From: Rhizophagus irregularis | Taxonomy: Eukaryota | Assembly: GCF_026210795.1 (NCBI RefSeq) | Contig: NC_089434.1 | Coordinates: forward strand, 3,038,001-3,102,000 | Reading direction: 5' to 3' | Length of the DNA: 64,000 nt | In this document: one piece after another, positions 42,849 through 54,888 of the stretch | Layout: each line of letters begins with the position of its first letter | Position numbering within the stretch: position 1 is the first letter of the stretch | Position numbers and translations under genes: made by a program | Notes under the pieces: model-generated | Told to the model about the DNA's origin: nothing | The model's database searches: none | What the model saw: only the letters and a program-made list of their open reading frames with translations

Positions 42849-43201
42849 CACTAGTGTGCGAAACACGGATCACGTGTTTATCATACTTTCCGGTGATCTA
42901 CATAAAAATTTCCTTTTTTGGAATTTTGTGTAACTAATTTTCATTTTACCGAGAATAAAAATTGCTTTTTTGGGTTGTGTAACGTTACTCCAATATCCAA
43001 AAATGGAAATTCAGGTAAATTTTGGCTGGAATTATAAATTTGGCCGAAATTATAGGGCGCGACATATAATATATGACAAATAAGGTTTTTCTTACTGAAA
43101 AAATTCTAAGTCCCTAGAATAAATAGTAAAAATGGAAAACTAAAAGGGTGTGACATGGGTGACAAATTAAAGTCACGTGACCCGTGTTTCGCACACTAGT
43201 G
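42849..43201. mobile_element. CACTA-terminus MITE with TA flanks
   Basis: TIR cactagtgtgcgaaacacgg(a/g)tcacgtg; TA on both sides. Confidence 0.9.
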
Positions 43202-44837
43202 TATTTTAAGAAATTTTCTTTAAACTATTGCTAATTAAAGTTTAGACTTTTGTCAAAAGTTAAAATGAGTTTAGCTAAGCAATCTTAATCTAAGGTTGCT
43301 TGTCTAAACCTCTTCAAAATCCTATGATTAGTTTCGTCAAAATTTTACTATAGATTTATTATAGTTTCAGCAGAGTTTCAGCAGTTTCGGCATTTATAAT
43401 AAGTTTCAGCAATTTTGCCTTTCTCTAAAGTTTCGCCAGTTTTTTAATATAACTTTAATATAGTTTCGGCAGAATTTCACTTTTTGGCGAAACACCATCT
43501 TGCCTAAACCCCTAGGTTTCAGCAAGCAACCTTATTTCTATCATCATTAATTTCTAATGATTACATGATCTATTCTTATATTGCACTTTGTAAATAGATC
43601 CCATTGCTTTTAATATTTATTATAATGATCACTTTTAATTTTTTATTTTTTTAGGTTTCATTGCAAAGAATAGTTATTTTTATGCTTCGCTACATATAGG
43701 ACCTTTTTTATAAGTTTAGACTCTACAAATAGAATATGACTACGGAAAACTAATATAGAGGTTATAAGGGACTTTTGGCCAAAAACACCACTTTTTACCA
43801 AAACTCAAAAAATCGTATTTTGTAAATATCTCAACATCCAGTGATTTAATTTTAATGAACTTTTTTTATTTTGTAGTCCTCATTCAGATCTACAATTTAA
43901 AAAAAGTTTATCGAAATATCACTGGATGCTGAGATATTTACAAAATACGATTTTTGAGCCCTTAAAAAATGGATCAATTTACTGAAAGTGTGACTTGATC
44001 CCGATCTGCTAAACTCATTCTTGTAGATCCTTGGACAAAAATTTCACGGAAGAAATTTTTACTCTTCATACTAATACAACTCTTATTTTTTCAACTTACA
44101 TAACTGGTAAAAGTAACAAGAAAGCTGGCAACAACCTTAACAGGGTCTTGCTAAGCGACAAGAAAAATGGAAGACTCTGGTTCTGATATTTCAAACTCTG
44201 ACACTGAAAATCCAAACAATAAAAACAACCCTTCTAAGCTTACCCATACGTCCCTAGAAAACTCTATAAAAGAAGACTACGTCACTGATTCAGCAGCTGA
44301 CATTAGAGGCAATAGTGATACACCTTCTCAACCAAAGAATACTGACAACTCTTTGTCTCCTTCTCCTCCCAAGGACTCTGCTACACCCTCTGCGCCAGGT
44401 TATAACACGTCTGGTACAGACGCGTCCACGACGCTCGAAAGACAAAGAAAACTCCTCTCTAGACATGTCCCCTAATAAGGATATATATTATGAAAACTAA
44501 TGATACTAGCCCTTTCCCACGACACGCCTATCATTACCATTCTTAGGTACAATTTTCAGGCTGCTGCAGTGCCTAATGCTTTCTCTGAATTTATTAAAAA
44601 ATATCCTACCAATAGAGCAATGATTGATGCTGTTAAAAATCTCCTTTTGGAAACATATCACTTCTATATTGGCCGTGCTCGCATTTCTGGTTCTGGAGAC
44701 CAAAAAAGACTGGTTATTCACTTTAACTCATCTACTGAACAAAACGCATGTCTTTCTGTCTTACATAAAGATCTTGCAAATCTTTAATTCTATCTGTATA
44801 ACCCGCAGCAACTCTGTACTAATGAAGATCTCCATGC

Positions 44838-45122
44838 TAGTGTTTAGAATCGAATATATTCGAATATCTTTCAGTATTCATTTAAATTTATAAAGTGTAT
44901 TCGAATAATATTCGAATAAGTTAAATTTCCTTTTATAGTAATGATTTACATAATTTTTAGCCTGAATTATGATTTTAACTCAGTTAAATTTAAGGATTTA
45001 ATGCCCAATTAGAATTTTAACTATACTATATCTACAAACGAATACTCGAATAACCACTATGCTTATTCGAATACTCGAATATACTCGAGTTATTCGAATA
45101 ACTGTTTCCTGATTCAAAGCAT
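44838..45122. mobile_element. hAT-like MITE rich in TATTCGAATA subrepeats, inside LINE ORF1
   Basis: TAGTG start; imperfect TSD ctccatgc / ctcatgc. Confidence 0.65.
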
Positions 45123-46343
45123 CTCATGCCATAAAGTTACCGATATTCCTTGTTAACCCAAAAAGAACAACATCATGTATCTTCTTTAAGAAATATGGGA
45201 ATATTCAATCTTGCCAGCTCATATGTGCCAATGTAACGTTGCTAAAGTTAAACACACATTATCACGACAATACTTCGTTGATTAACCACTTTGTTAATAA
45301 ATAATGGGCTATTTATTGCTACTCCACTTGTCTACAGATCACCCTTGTTCTCTTACGGTAGATCAGAAGAAATCTTGTTGTGAATTTATCGCTATTTTAT
45401 TGCAGCTTCCTCCAAATACTAAGGATATTCATCTAGCATTTTTAATGTGTGAAATTGGTGTTATGGCTGTTAATGTCCCCTTATCTCTCAACTCGTATAA
45501 GCTGAAAAAATGGACTTACATCACCTTCAAATCACAACAAATGATGGATACCACCATGAAACAATCAATTGCTCTACAAGGACGTAGATTCACCTGGGAA
45601 CTTCTGCAAAATACTAACAAATTATGCCACAGATGCGGTAAACTCAGATGTGCTCCTATCGCTTGCGTAATGAACAATTCTAGAAGCCATTCATGTACTT
45701 GTAATTCTGTTGCTCGGCTCAAAGAATGGTTTAATATTAGTCAACCTTCTAAAAATTCTTTAACTAATTAAAATAAACAGCGCTTCCATTCTCAATCTAA
45801 AGATCGCTCTAATTCTCACCAACGCAGCTACTCATCCAGTAAACCTGATTACAATGATAATGTTCTCTTTTCCGGCCATAATCAATCTTTAGGCCAAACT
45901 AATTTTTCCTATCGACCAAAGTCTAATGAACAAAAAAGCAAAGACCGTTCTGTCTTCTTTTCCAACACACAACCTAATGGGACGCTTTCTTCCCATTTTG
46001 TCAATTCTAACCGTCCTTTGGTCAATCCAAATTGCTTGCAAATCCAAGAAATCTTGTCTGTACTTGAAATCCTCCAAAAAGATTTGGCTAGTGCGCTAGG
46101 GTTAGTTACTGAACTAGCTGATCAAAGAATATTCTGACTTGAAAAACATGTTTTTGGTCATAAATACGATGATGTTTCAGTTTCTGATCCTAGTGACTCT
46201 TCACAAATGTTGATTGATGACAACTCACATGTCCCCCCTAATATTACACATTCCAGTCAACCTTCTTCACCTTTAATTTCTTCTGGTAATGCTTTTCTAT
46301 TACCATTAATCCCAGTTTTCAGCTACGCTCCTATATCTCCTCC

Positions 46344-46569
46344 CAGGACCTTGCCTACTACTAAGATATGTTACTAGTAGAAATTTCACTTTCATATGAA
46401 ATCTTACTTTAGAATTTGCTTAAATTCTATTAGTTAATTGACTAAAAAGGAAAAAAATCATAATAATATAATATAAAATTTCCTTTTATAGTAGGATCTT
46501 CAAAGAGTTTTATATGTAAACTTTACCTTAGGCTACAGGGTGACCTATCTTAATAGTAGGCGGGTCTTC
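46344..46569. mobile_element. MITE, sister of 34637-34870, inside the LINE
   Basis: Near-identical body; flanks tcctcc / ttctcc. Confidence 0.85.
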
Positions 46570-46838
46570 TTCTCCCTCCCTGTAACTGTTACCTGGGAGC
46601 AAAGCCCACTATTAACAAAGAATGCGCTAAGGTTTATTCCTTTCAGCGCAACTTGGATAGCAAATTTAAGCACTTATATTTAAATTAATAGAACTACTTC
46701 TCTCCCTGTTGGTCTTTCTCATTTGGCAACTGGTTCTCCTATAGTCTGGTTCGTAGATTCTTTGCCTTCTTGCCAAGTATTTGAGAATTTTGATATTCTT
46801 CATTTCACTGCCATAAATGTAATTGCTGTTATTCATAA

Positions 46839-47401
46839 GAGGCGTGCCAGAAATTACATGATTTAGTGGGTGGGTGGGGTCAGGTCTTGCAATCAGGTGT
46901 CACAATATACCTTTTATGGTAATAAGATATCTTTTATAGTAAATAATATATAATTTGTTTATTAAGAAGCTTTTTTTGCAATTATCTCACCATCTAAAAG
47001 TCCAATTTTAATGAATTTTTTTTTGTTTTATAAAGTATAAAGAGAGCTACAAAATAAAAAAAAGTTTATGCAAATTGAATTATTGGATAGTGAAATAATT
47101 GTATTATAATATAAAATATATGGTAATTTATTTATTAATAAGCTTTTTTGCAATTATTTCACCATCTAGCAGTATGAATTTTTTTTTATTTTATAAAGCA
47201 TAAATGGAGCTACAAAACAAAAAAAAGTTTATGCAAATTGGATTATTAGATAGCAAACTAATTGTATTATAATATATATATTAATATAATATATATATTA
47301 TATTGTATGTATTTTTTTAGCCAATCAGAATTCAATCACATGGTGGGTAGGGGGGGTCAGGTCTCTAATTGAACATAATCACGTGATTTCTGGCACGCCC
47401 C
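46839..47401. mobile_element. Non-autonomous Zator-like element with TAA TSD
   Basis: TIR G(A/G)GGCGTGCCAGAAAT(T/C)AC(A/G)TGATT resembles the 37143 element TIR; TAA duplicated. Confidence 0.88.
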
Positions 47402-48822
47402 TAACAACTTTATTAACAAATTTTGGAAACGAATTTGGAATCTACATTCTTATTATAAAGGATTATGAGAATATGTGATGAACATCACTTCAAAACTTAA
47501 ATACTCTTCAAGGTCTAAAGGTTTGTCCAAATCTTCATATCTTCCTTACTTATCTTTACCACCTCTGACCCATGTTGATTCACGTGACTCTAGAACTGAT
47601 TTGTTGAAGAACTTGATGCAATATGAATTATCTTAGTTTAATCACATTTCGAGTTTTATGAGTCATTTAACATTGCTACTTAATAATAGCTTTTGCAGGA
47701 TAGAGTGTCGATTTTAATAATGGATGTGTCATTTGTTATTTTGTTAGCATAGTTGCTTCTACTTTGGTTGGAATATATCAAGGGAGAAGATCTAGGAAGT
47801 GTTAGTATTAGCGATTTTTCTTTTTGAATTTTCTTTTAATTATAATTTCTTTTTAGGAGACTATATAGCTTTGTTTTTAGTTAGTTTTTTATTTTATTTT
47901 ATTTTCTTTTTCTTGTATATAAAATTATAAAGTTCGATAAATAATTAATAAAGATAAAGGTTGCTATGCCATGTTTGCCTGAAAGTGTGACTTATAACCT
48001 GTATTAGAGAATTCTGAGTCCTAATAGAATCATATGATGAAAATGAAATGACTTTAAATTGCAACTATCAATTAAACTTTATTACTTATAACAAATTTTT
48101 AGAAAAGTTAGATGAAAAGAATAAATTAAATGAAGAGATTGAAATTAACACATCTACTTTAGTTGTTTTTTTGGAAGAAATTAAAACAGATTATAAAAGT
48201 TGTGGTCTGCAGTTTCATACTGCATTAGACAAATTTGCTAAGCATTACCATGCTTCAAAATTGAAATCAGTTCCTTGCTTATATTCCTTCCTTTATGATA
48301 TTAGCCAAAATGTAGATCCAACATGTGTTAAAAGCGGTGCAATGATTTATGTTCAAGTAAAATCTGTCAAGTGGCACAAGAAAATAGGATTAAGTAATAC
48401 TAAGCAAGTTAATGGAAAAGAAAATTTAAATCCATAAATTATTCCAAGTTGGAAAAAAAGGAAAACTGGTAAGAAAGAACACAATTTGAGCAAAAATATC
48501 CTTAGAAACCAGCCAATTAAATTTCATTTTACTTGTGTATTTGGAAGATTTCTAAATAAAGTTTATATTTTTTAATATTTTTACTTTATTAAAATTGCCC
48601 ATATTACCATATACATACAATAAAGATAATTATTATTTATTTAATTAAAATTTTACATTCAATTCACGATTTCCGATTGGCTAATTTAAACATCTTTAAT
48701 TCTGGCCAAAATAAAGTTTGTGGCGCGTGCGGCTTGTCAAGCCACGAACCTGGCACACAAAAAAGGGTGCGCTGATCTTTCAGTTTAATGTACATTGCTG
48801 TTTGCTTTTGTTTTTATTAGTT

Positions 48823-51800
48823 ATGGACGAAAAGGAAAACACGATATCAAGTCCAGACGAAAAAGCAACGTCTTCCTCTCTGACACCTTTACCTGAGGCT
48901 AAAACTATATCTGGTACTAATACCATCAACTTACCTCAACTTGCCTATCTTCGTTTAAAACCCGCTAAGAGTACAGATTCTCTTACACACCATCCATTGT
49001 TAAACCATGACGATGAAGAAAGTGATGTGATTTCAGCCTGGTCCAGTCAGCGAAGCAGACGATCGTCTTCGACTTCTTCATCCTCGTCTTTGCAGCCTAG
49101 AGTTTCTATACATCCCGTTCCAGGCGGCTCAGTAGGCGGATTGTTACTTACGAAACTTCGTGAAATGAATGCGGGCTTCGATGATATTGTACATATGTTG
49201 ATTGCAAAAAAGGTTGGAGACTGCATGTCTTTTGACCTTAATGTGGTATCAAAGTTAAGTTTTGCAGTGTCTCCAAAATAAAACTTTTTTGGTTGACACA
49301 TTATTGTAAATTTTGTTCTGGATGGACACTTCTCGTGCTGCTATCAGGCGACACTTTTACTTCCTGCGTCTCAAGTTACGCCTTTCGAGAATGTTGACCG
49401 AATTTACCTAGAAGCTCATGTTGTTATTTCTCAATCAACTGAAGGTGGGGCCAAAGTGATAACTTTAAATGGGCTAAAAGGTTTTATACAACAGTGAGTA
49501 TGCTTTTTAATAATGTAAATATCTTGGCTTTTCTTGTAATATATTCAAAAATAATTTCATATATTCAAGGGATGTTTTCAAAGCCGTTGGTTTAATATCT
49601 ACAGAACCAGTTGATATTAAGAATTCCAAGAGTCACAAGTTAGTTTTATTATATTATTTTCATTGAAAATTTGTCTAGGCCTAAATTATGCCATTCACGG
49701 AATAATTTCATATTTATACAATTATATTATAGATCTATATTTGAAGCTTTTTCTAAGCCCGATCTCTCTTATGATTATCCCTCAATTAAAATTTTACGTG
49801 ATAATAATGACATCCTTTTACATGGTATGCCCATTCAAACCATAGTAATAGAATCACCTATCAGAACAAAAGAAATTGCAGAGCGCATTTCGACGCGTAC
49901 GGAAATGGAGAAAAAGGTTGAAGGATCTTTACCGGAGTCATTACTTGATGAGTATGAATTTTTAATAAAGAATTATTTTTAATTAAATATTAGGAATCAG
50001 CAAGCTGATATTTATTTGTTCGAACATTTTCTAGCTTTATTAGAGATTTTATAAAGAATCTTCCAAAAAACGAAGATTCTTCAATTGATCAAATCCAAGG
50101 ATTATTTGATCGTGTGCGTAATGAAATTGAATATCAAATTGAATCTAACGGAGAACTCACCGAAGTCAATGACAATGATATAAATGAAACAATGAATATT
50201 GTTGAAAAATATGTTTGCACGGCACTTTATGATAAGTTTGTATCATCACTATTTGAAAATTGTGCTATTAATCTATATAACAAACCATATCATTTATTAG
50301 TTTTTAATTTTATTGAATAATTAACTGAATAAAGTGTATTCAGTCCAAAATGGTCAAACGATAGTGCTGCCGATGAGGCACTTTGTTCAAAGATAGCTTC
50401 TTTAAATCTTTTAGAATTAGGGCTATCAAATCTCGGGTTGGATATTAAACCTCAGCAACAAGAACGTATCGACTTTGCAGTGCAAGCAGCAGGTGCGGAA
50501 TTACAAAATTTAGAACAAAAAAAGTCACCCCATGAGAAGCTCGATAGTCTCGTCCGATGTCACAGAATTGTAGTTGGTACGTCTTTTTTTACATTATAGG
50601 ATCGAGACAGAGTTTTAAAATATTAATTAGTAATTATTTTCTTTAAATTTCGTGTATATAGAGGCACTTAAAAAGAAATTGCAAAAGTCCCTTCCAAATT
50701 CTGATCGTACAAACGATGCAACAGAAGAAAATTCATATGTAACGTCTCCCGTTGACGTCTCACCCGCATCAATACCCCTACCTCCTTCGCCTACTTCACC
50801 TAAATCACCTAATATTCCTACCACATCGATTTCACCAAAATTACCTATGTCACCAACTTTCCCTAATTCACCAACAGATGAAAAAAATAGTTTTAGCGAT
50901 CCTAATGCAGATGCGATATTCCCACTATTAATTTTCATAGTGGTCAAATCAAATCCAAAAAAATTGGTTTCAAACTTGAGGTTAATATTAAGTCAATAGT
51001 GTGTTTATTTAATGTCGACAATTCGATAATTTTGTTTTAATATTTTATAGGTTTATGACGAGATATCGAGTACGAACTTTGTTGTGTGGAGAATCATCTT
51101 ATTGTCTTACTAATTTTGTAAGCTTTATAGCTGTTCATTTTTGCGATATCATTTCATTTAATAAATTTCTTATTTGAATTTGAATATAGATGGCGGTGGT
51201 ACAATTTATAGAAAGCGTAGAATATTTAGCATTAGGACTATCAGATAAAGTTTCAGGGTTTGTAATTCGATAATTAACAGTTGAGTTGGAAGTGTGATAA
51301 TTTTATATAACATAAGCTCTATTATTTTAATTTAATCTAGTGAATCCGTAAATGCAAATCCTAGTTTAGAGCAAAGAACCCGCAAAGTGGGGCAAGATAT
51401 TGTTGTTGCTGCCGATAATAGTATAAAAGCTATTACAGGAGTCATGGATAGTTCCGTTAAAATGTTTGGAAGACTAATCGGTTACAGCGAAAATACATAT
51501 ATTGGAACAAATTCATTAGATAAGGAAAATTCAACTTTACTAAACATCAACGCGGATCTGCCAGAACGAAACTTTACAAAGGACAACAATGTGAATGATA
51601 TTAAAATGAATCCTGGTTTACTGGAAGTAGGAGCGAAAGAACTAGCAGAAATAAATACAACAAATAATAACTTCACACACACTGAAGAAACCTCGTCTTC
51701 GAATGTTAATGAGGAAACAAAATCATTGTAATTATTAATTTTCATTCTTATTTTAGTAAAATAATTTATAGTAGTTAATAATTGGCAAATGTTTACAGTA

Positions 51801-52187
51801 CAGATCGATTAATTCCTTTTAATGTATTGCCGCGCTTTAGCAATGATCGTAATCATATAGTTGAGGTATTAATTTATTTTATAATTATTCTCTTGTTTTC
51901 GTCATCTAAACCTTAACTTTTGCGGATTATATAATTAGGAGAATAAGGAACAAAAGATTGATATATCTGTAAATAAGATATCTCCTCCTGTTCAAAAATT
52001 CTTGGATTGTCCAATTGATGAATTTCGTGTTAATGATGTACCAGGTTATATTTATGTTTATTTTTAATGAACCGTTCAAAAAATTTTCAAATTATTTAAG
52101 TCTATAATTATTTTTCTAATAGAACTTTTAGCGGAGTATAAAAGATTGGCAAATGCAATTCGCGAACTTGGGCTTTTCTCCTCTTAG
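48823..52187 (+). CDS. VPS9-domain Rab5 GEF family protein (multi-exon)
   Basis: ELQNLEQKKSPHEKLDSLVRCH, NADAIFPLLIFIVVKSNPKKLVSNL and GESSYCLTNFMAVVQFIE. Confidence 0.88.
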
Positions 52188-52449
52188 AACTGTTCTTATC
52201 TTTTCTTTCTTACTTTATTTTCGTTTATTTATTACATATAAATTAAATACTTTCAAGTTATAATACTGTAATATTATTATTCTTATGAATCAAAAAAAAA
52301 ATAAATAAATAAATGAAGGTCGATAATTAATTTTAAAAATAAACGGTTTATAAACGCGTTTCAAAGATAACTATTATGAATGCTTGGATAACAACAACTT
52401 ATGAGATTAACTTAACCTTATAATTAAATTAATGATTTTAATAAAGTAA

Positions 52450-54404
52450 TTAATGGGTTACAAATTCCTTGTTGAATTCCCTAACATCAAAAAAAGAAAG
52501 AAAAAAATATATATATATATATTACACAAAATGATCTTTTCAAGCAAACAATAACTATTATACAAACTTCAGCTAACCTTGCAATTACAAGTCTTCGAAT
52601 TTCGCTAGTTCCTGCACCAATTTCATAAAGTTTTGCATCTCTTAGAAGTCTTCCAGTATCGTAATCATTAATATATCCATTGCCCCCAAGACACTGGATT
52701 GCATCTAAAGCAACTTCGGTGGCACGTTCGGCAGAATATAATATAACTGCAGCACAATCCTTCACGTTTATGAATAAAAAATTAATTTTAACGGTATTAT
52801 TTAAAAACAGTTATTATGAATGTCAAATACCCTATTAGAAACAAATCCGTTATCACAAGCTCTTGCTACAGAGTAAGCGTATGATCTAGAAGCGTTGAGT
52901 TTAGTATACATATCAGCTATTTTCGCCTGAACTAATTGGAAATAACCAATTGGTTGGGCGAATTGATGTCGTGAATGTACATAGGGAAGAACAACGTCAA
53001 GTGCTGCTTGCATTAATCTGAATAAATGAAGAATAACTAAATAACAAATGAATAACCTTCAAAACACAAGTGTTGAAGGCTCACCCTAGTGGACCACCTG
53101 AGAGAACGACTCTTTCAATATCTAATCCACTCATAAGTACATACACTCCTTTATTTTCTTCCCCCAAAATATTCTCAACTATAATAGAAGAACACTAAGT
53201 ATCGCAATTATATTGTACAAATTTACTAAAATAATTACCAGGAACTTCACAGTTTTCGAAAACAAGTTCACAAGTGTTCGATCCACGCATTCCAAGTTTG
53301 TCAAGTTTTTGTCCTGTTGAAAACCCCTGAAAACCCTTAAAAATTTTCAATTCATAACTTACTTTGACTGCTCAAAATGATTAATTAAATTTAATTAAAT
53401 CAGAAACTATTTAATACTTTTTCAATTAAAAATGCCGTAATACCACGAGCATCTGCTTCGGGATCTGTCTTGGCATATACAACAAGAACATCTGCATCAG
53501 GACCGTTAGTAATCCACATTTTATTTCCATTCAAAACATAACTATTCCCTCTCTTCTCAGCACGAAGACGCATTGAAACCACATCTGAACCGGATTCCGG
53601 TTCAGACATAGCAAGCGCACCAATATAATCACCCGAAATAAGCTAACCAAATAGTATAATTAGATTAATTTTGATAACTAAAATGTGATGAGTCATGTAT
53701 TTGTACCTTTGGTAAATATTTTGATTTCTGCTTCTCATTACCATTTCGGACTATTTGGTTAACACACAAATTTGAATGTGCTCCGTAAGAAAGAGCAACT
53801 GAACCTGAAGCTCGCGATATCTCCTCCATTACAAATACATGTTCGAGATATCCTTTATTTAATCCTCCATATTCTTCAGGAGCGGTTATACCAAGTAATC
53901 CCATATCACCAAATTTCTTCCACATGTCCTAACAGAAACATTCAAATTTTTTAAGCCTGAATAATTCCATTCGGTAAAAAGACTAAAATTTACCATTGGA
54001 AAAGAATTCTGCTTGTCTATTTCAGCTGCTCTATTTCTAAGTTCTTTTTGGCAAAATTGGTGAACAACTTCGCGAAGCTAAACGATAAATCATTTTAGCC
54101 GAAATAAGATTATTAAGAGCTAACTTTATATAAACAAACCTCGTTCTGTTCCTCGGTTAAGCCGGCCACATGTACATTATACATAGAAACATAAGTACGA
54201 AAATGAGGAAAAGCTATATCTACTTTCCGCTAAGTTTAAAAAAAAACAATTGATATTATCTGAAAAAGTTATGGTTAGCAAATTTTTACTGGTTTTTTTT
54301 CGAAATAACTACTAAATATTTACCACAGTTGATCTATTTAAAAATAATAAAGACGACGCACAACTATGAAAGCTCTTAAAGAATTTTGTGCCAGAGCGAA
54401 ACAT
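52450..54404 (-). CDS. IVD: Isovaleryl-CoA dehydrogenase, mitochondrial
   Basis: [45 protein letters not shown] and [21 protein letters not shown]; basic presequence [11 protein letters not shown]. Confidence 0.95.
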
Positions 54405-54532
54405 GATTTTTAAAATGAAAACCTATTACGGGTTCCTCAGAATCATATTTGATTTTATCTAGTGTAACGTTACGTGATACAATTTAAAAATTATATAGTA
54501 CCTTCTTCTCATTTTCATTTCATCTTTAAAAC
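54405..54532. promoter_or_regulatory. Putative bidirectional promoter for IVD and ATP17
   Basis: Only 128 bp separate the divergent ATGs. It contains the palindrome GTAACGTTAC overlapping TACGTGA. Confidence 0.6.
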
Positions 54533-54888
54533 ATGAGTGCAATTAAATCTCTTCTTCCACCAAAAATTTCGGTTAGTGGAGTGACTGGAGCCTCAGGCTC
54601 AACAGCAGCACTTAGCGATCTTTATTCGAAGTTACCCAAAGGACCAGCTCCAAAAGTTCAGCCACAGGGATTTTTTGGACGGTATTATGCAAGGTATATT
54701 GCTACTAGTTCGCCTGCTCCCATTTTACATGTTACTCTTGCAATTGGTTTTATTAGTTATGCCTTTAATTATCATTTTCATTTAAGTAAGTAATAAAGAA
54801 AGCTTGTTTTTTCCCTAATAATCATTCAAGTAATATATATATATATTTTTTATTATTAGAACATCATAAAACGAAAGAACATCACTAA
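54533..54888 (+). CDS. ATP17: Mitochondrial ATP synthase subunit f
   Basis: LLPPKI...LYSKLPKGPAP...FFGRYYARY...PILH...YHFHLKHHK; one intron. Confidence 0.9.

Larger units (their letters stand above)
42230..43287. mobile_element. hAT-type non-autonomous element
   Basis: Termini taaggtgcttta / taagcaatctta. 8-bp TSD ATCTAAGG at 42222-42229 and 43288-43295. Confidence 0.8.
42225..43534. mobile_element. hAT-type MITE (body 43291-43534) whose left end received a second hAT insertion
   Basis: TIR taaggttgcttg / caagcaacctta. 8-bp TSD TTTCTATC at 42217-42224 and 43535-43542. Confidence 0.8.
43997..47978 (+). mobile_element. Degenerate, internally deleted non-LTR retrotransposon (gag-like ORF1 plus a probable ORF2 tail)
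   Basis: 15-bp TSD CTGAAAGTGTGACTT at 43982-43996 and 47979-47993. ORF1 fragments include an RRM-like KWTYITFKS, a degenerate knuckle CHRCGKLRC and an S/P-rich linker. No RT motifs seen. Confidence 0.75.
43735..48023. mobile_element. TAGGAC-class MITE (sister of 8996-9293) split by a LINE insertion
   Basis: 43735-43996 plus 47994-48023 reconstitute the 8996-9293 element; 6-bp TSD ATAGAA. Confidence 0.85.
35300..48520 (+). pseudogene. Fossil MULE/Mutator transposase fragmented by nested insertions
   Basis: Collinear fragments: HNHVIDLAESLSF..FLELFKDG (35.6 kb); IMLL|YISCVAGVLPL rejoined across the Zator TSD; DDSSIE..FHILQ (40.3 kb); LCKYQGVI (42.2 kb); C-terminus ..KEHNLSKNILRNQPN* (48.5 kb). 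Confidence 0.75.

Noticed and set aside
48718..48822. TTG-started extension of the VPS9-domain gene
   Set aside because: A pyrimidine tract plus AG just before the ATG looks like a 5' UTR intron end, so the open frame is probably incidental.
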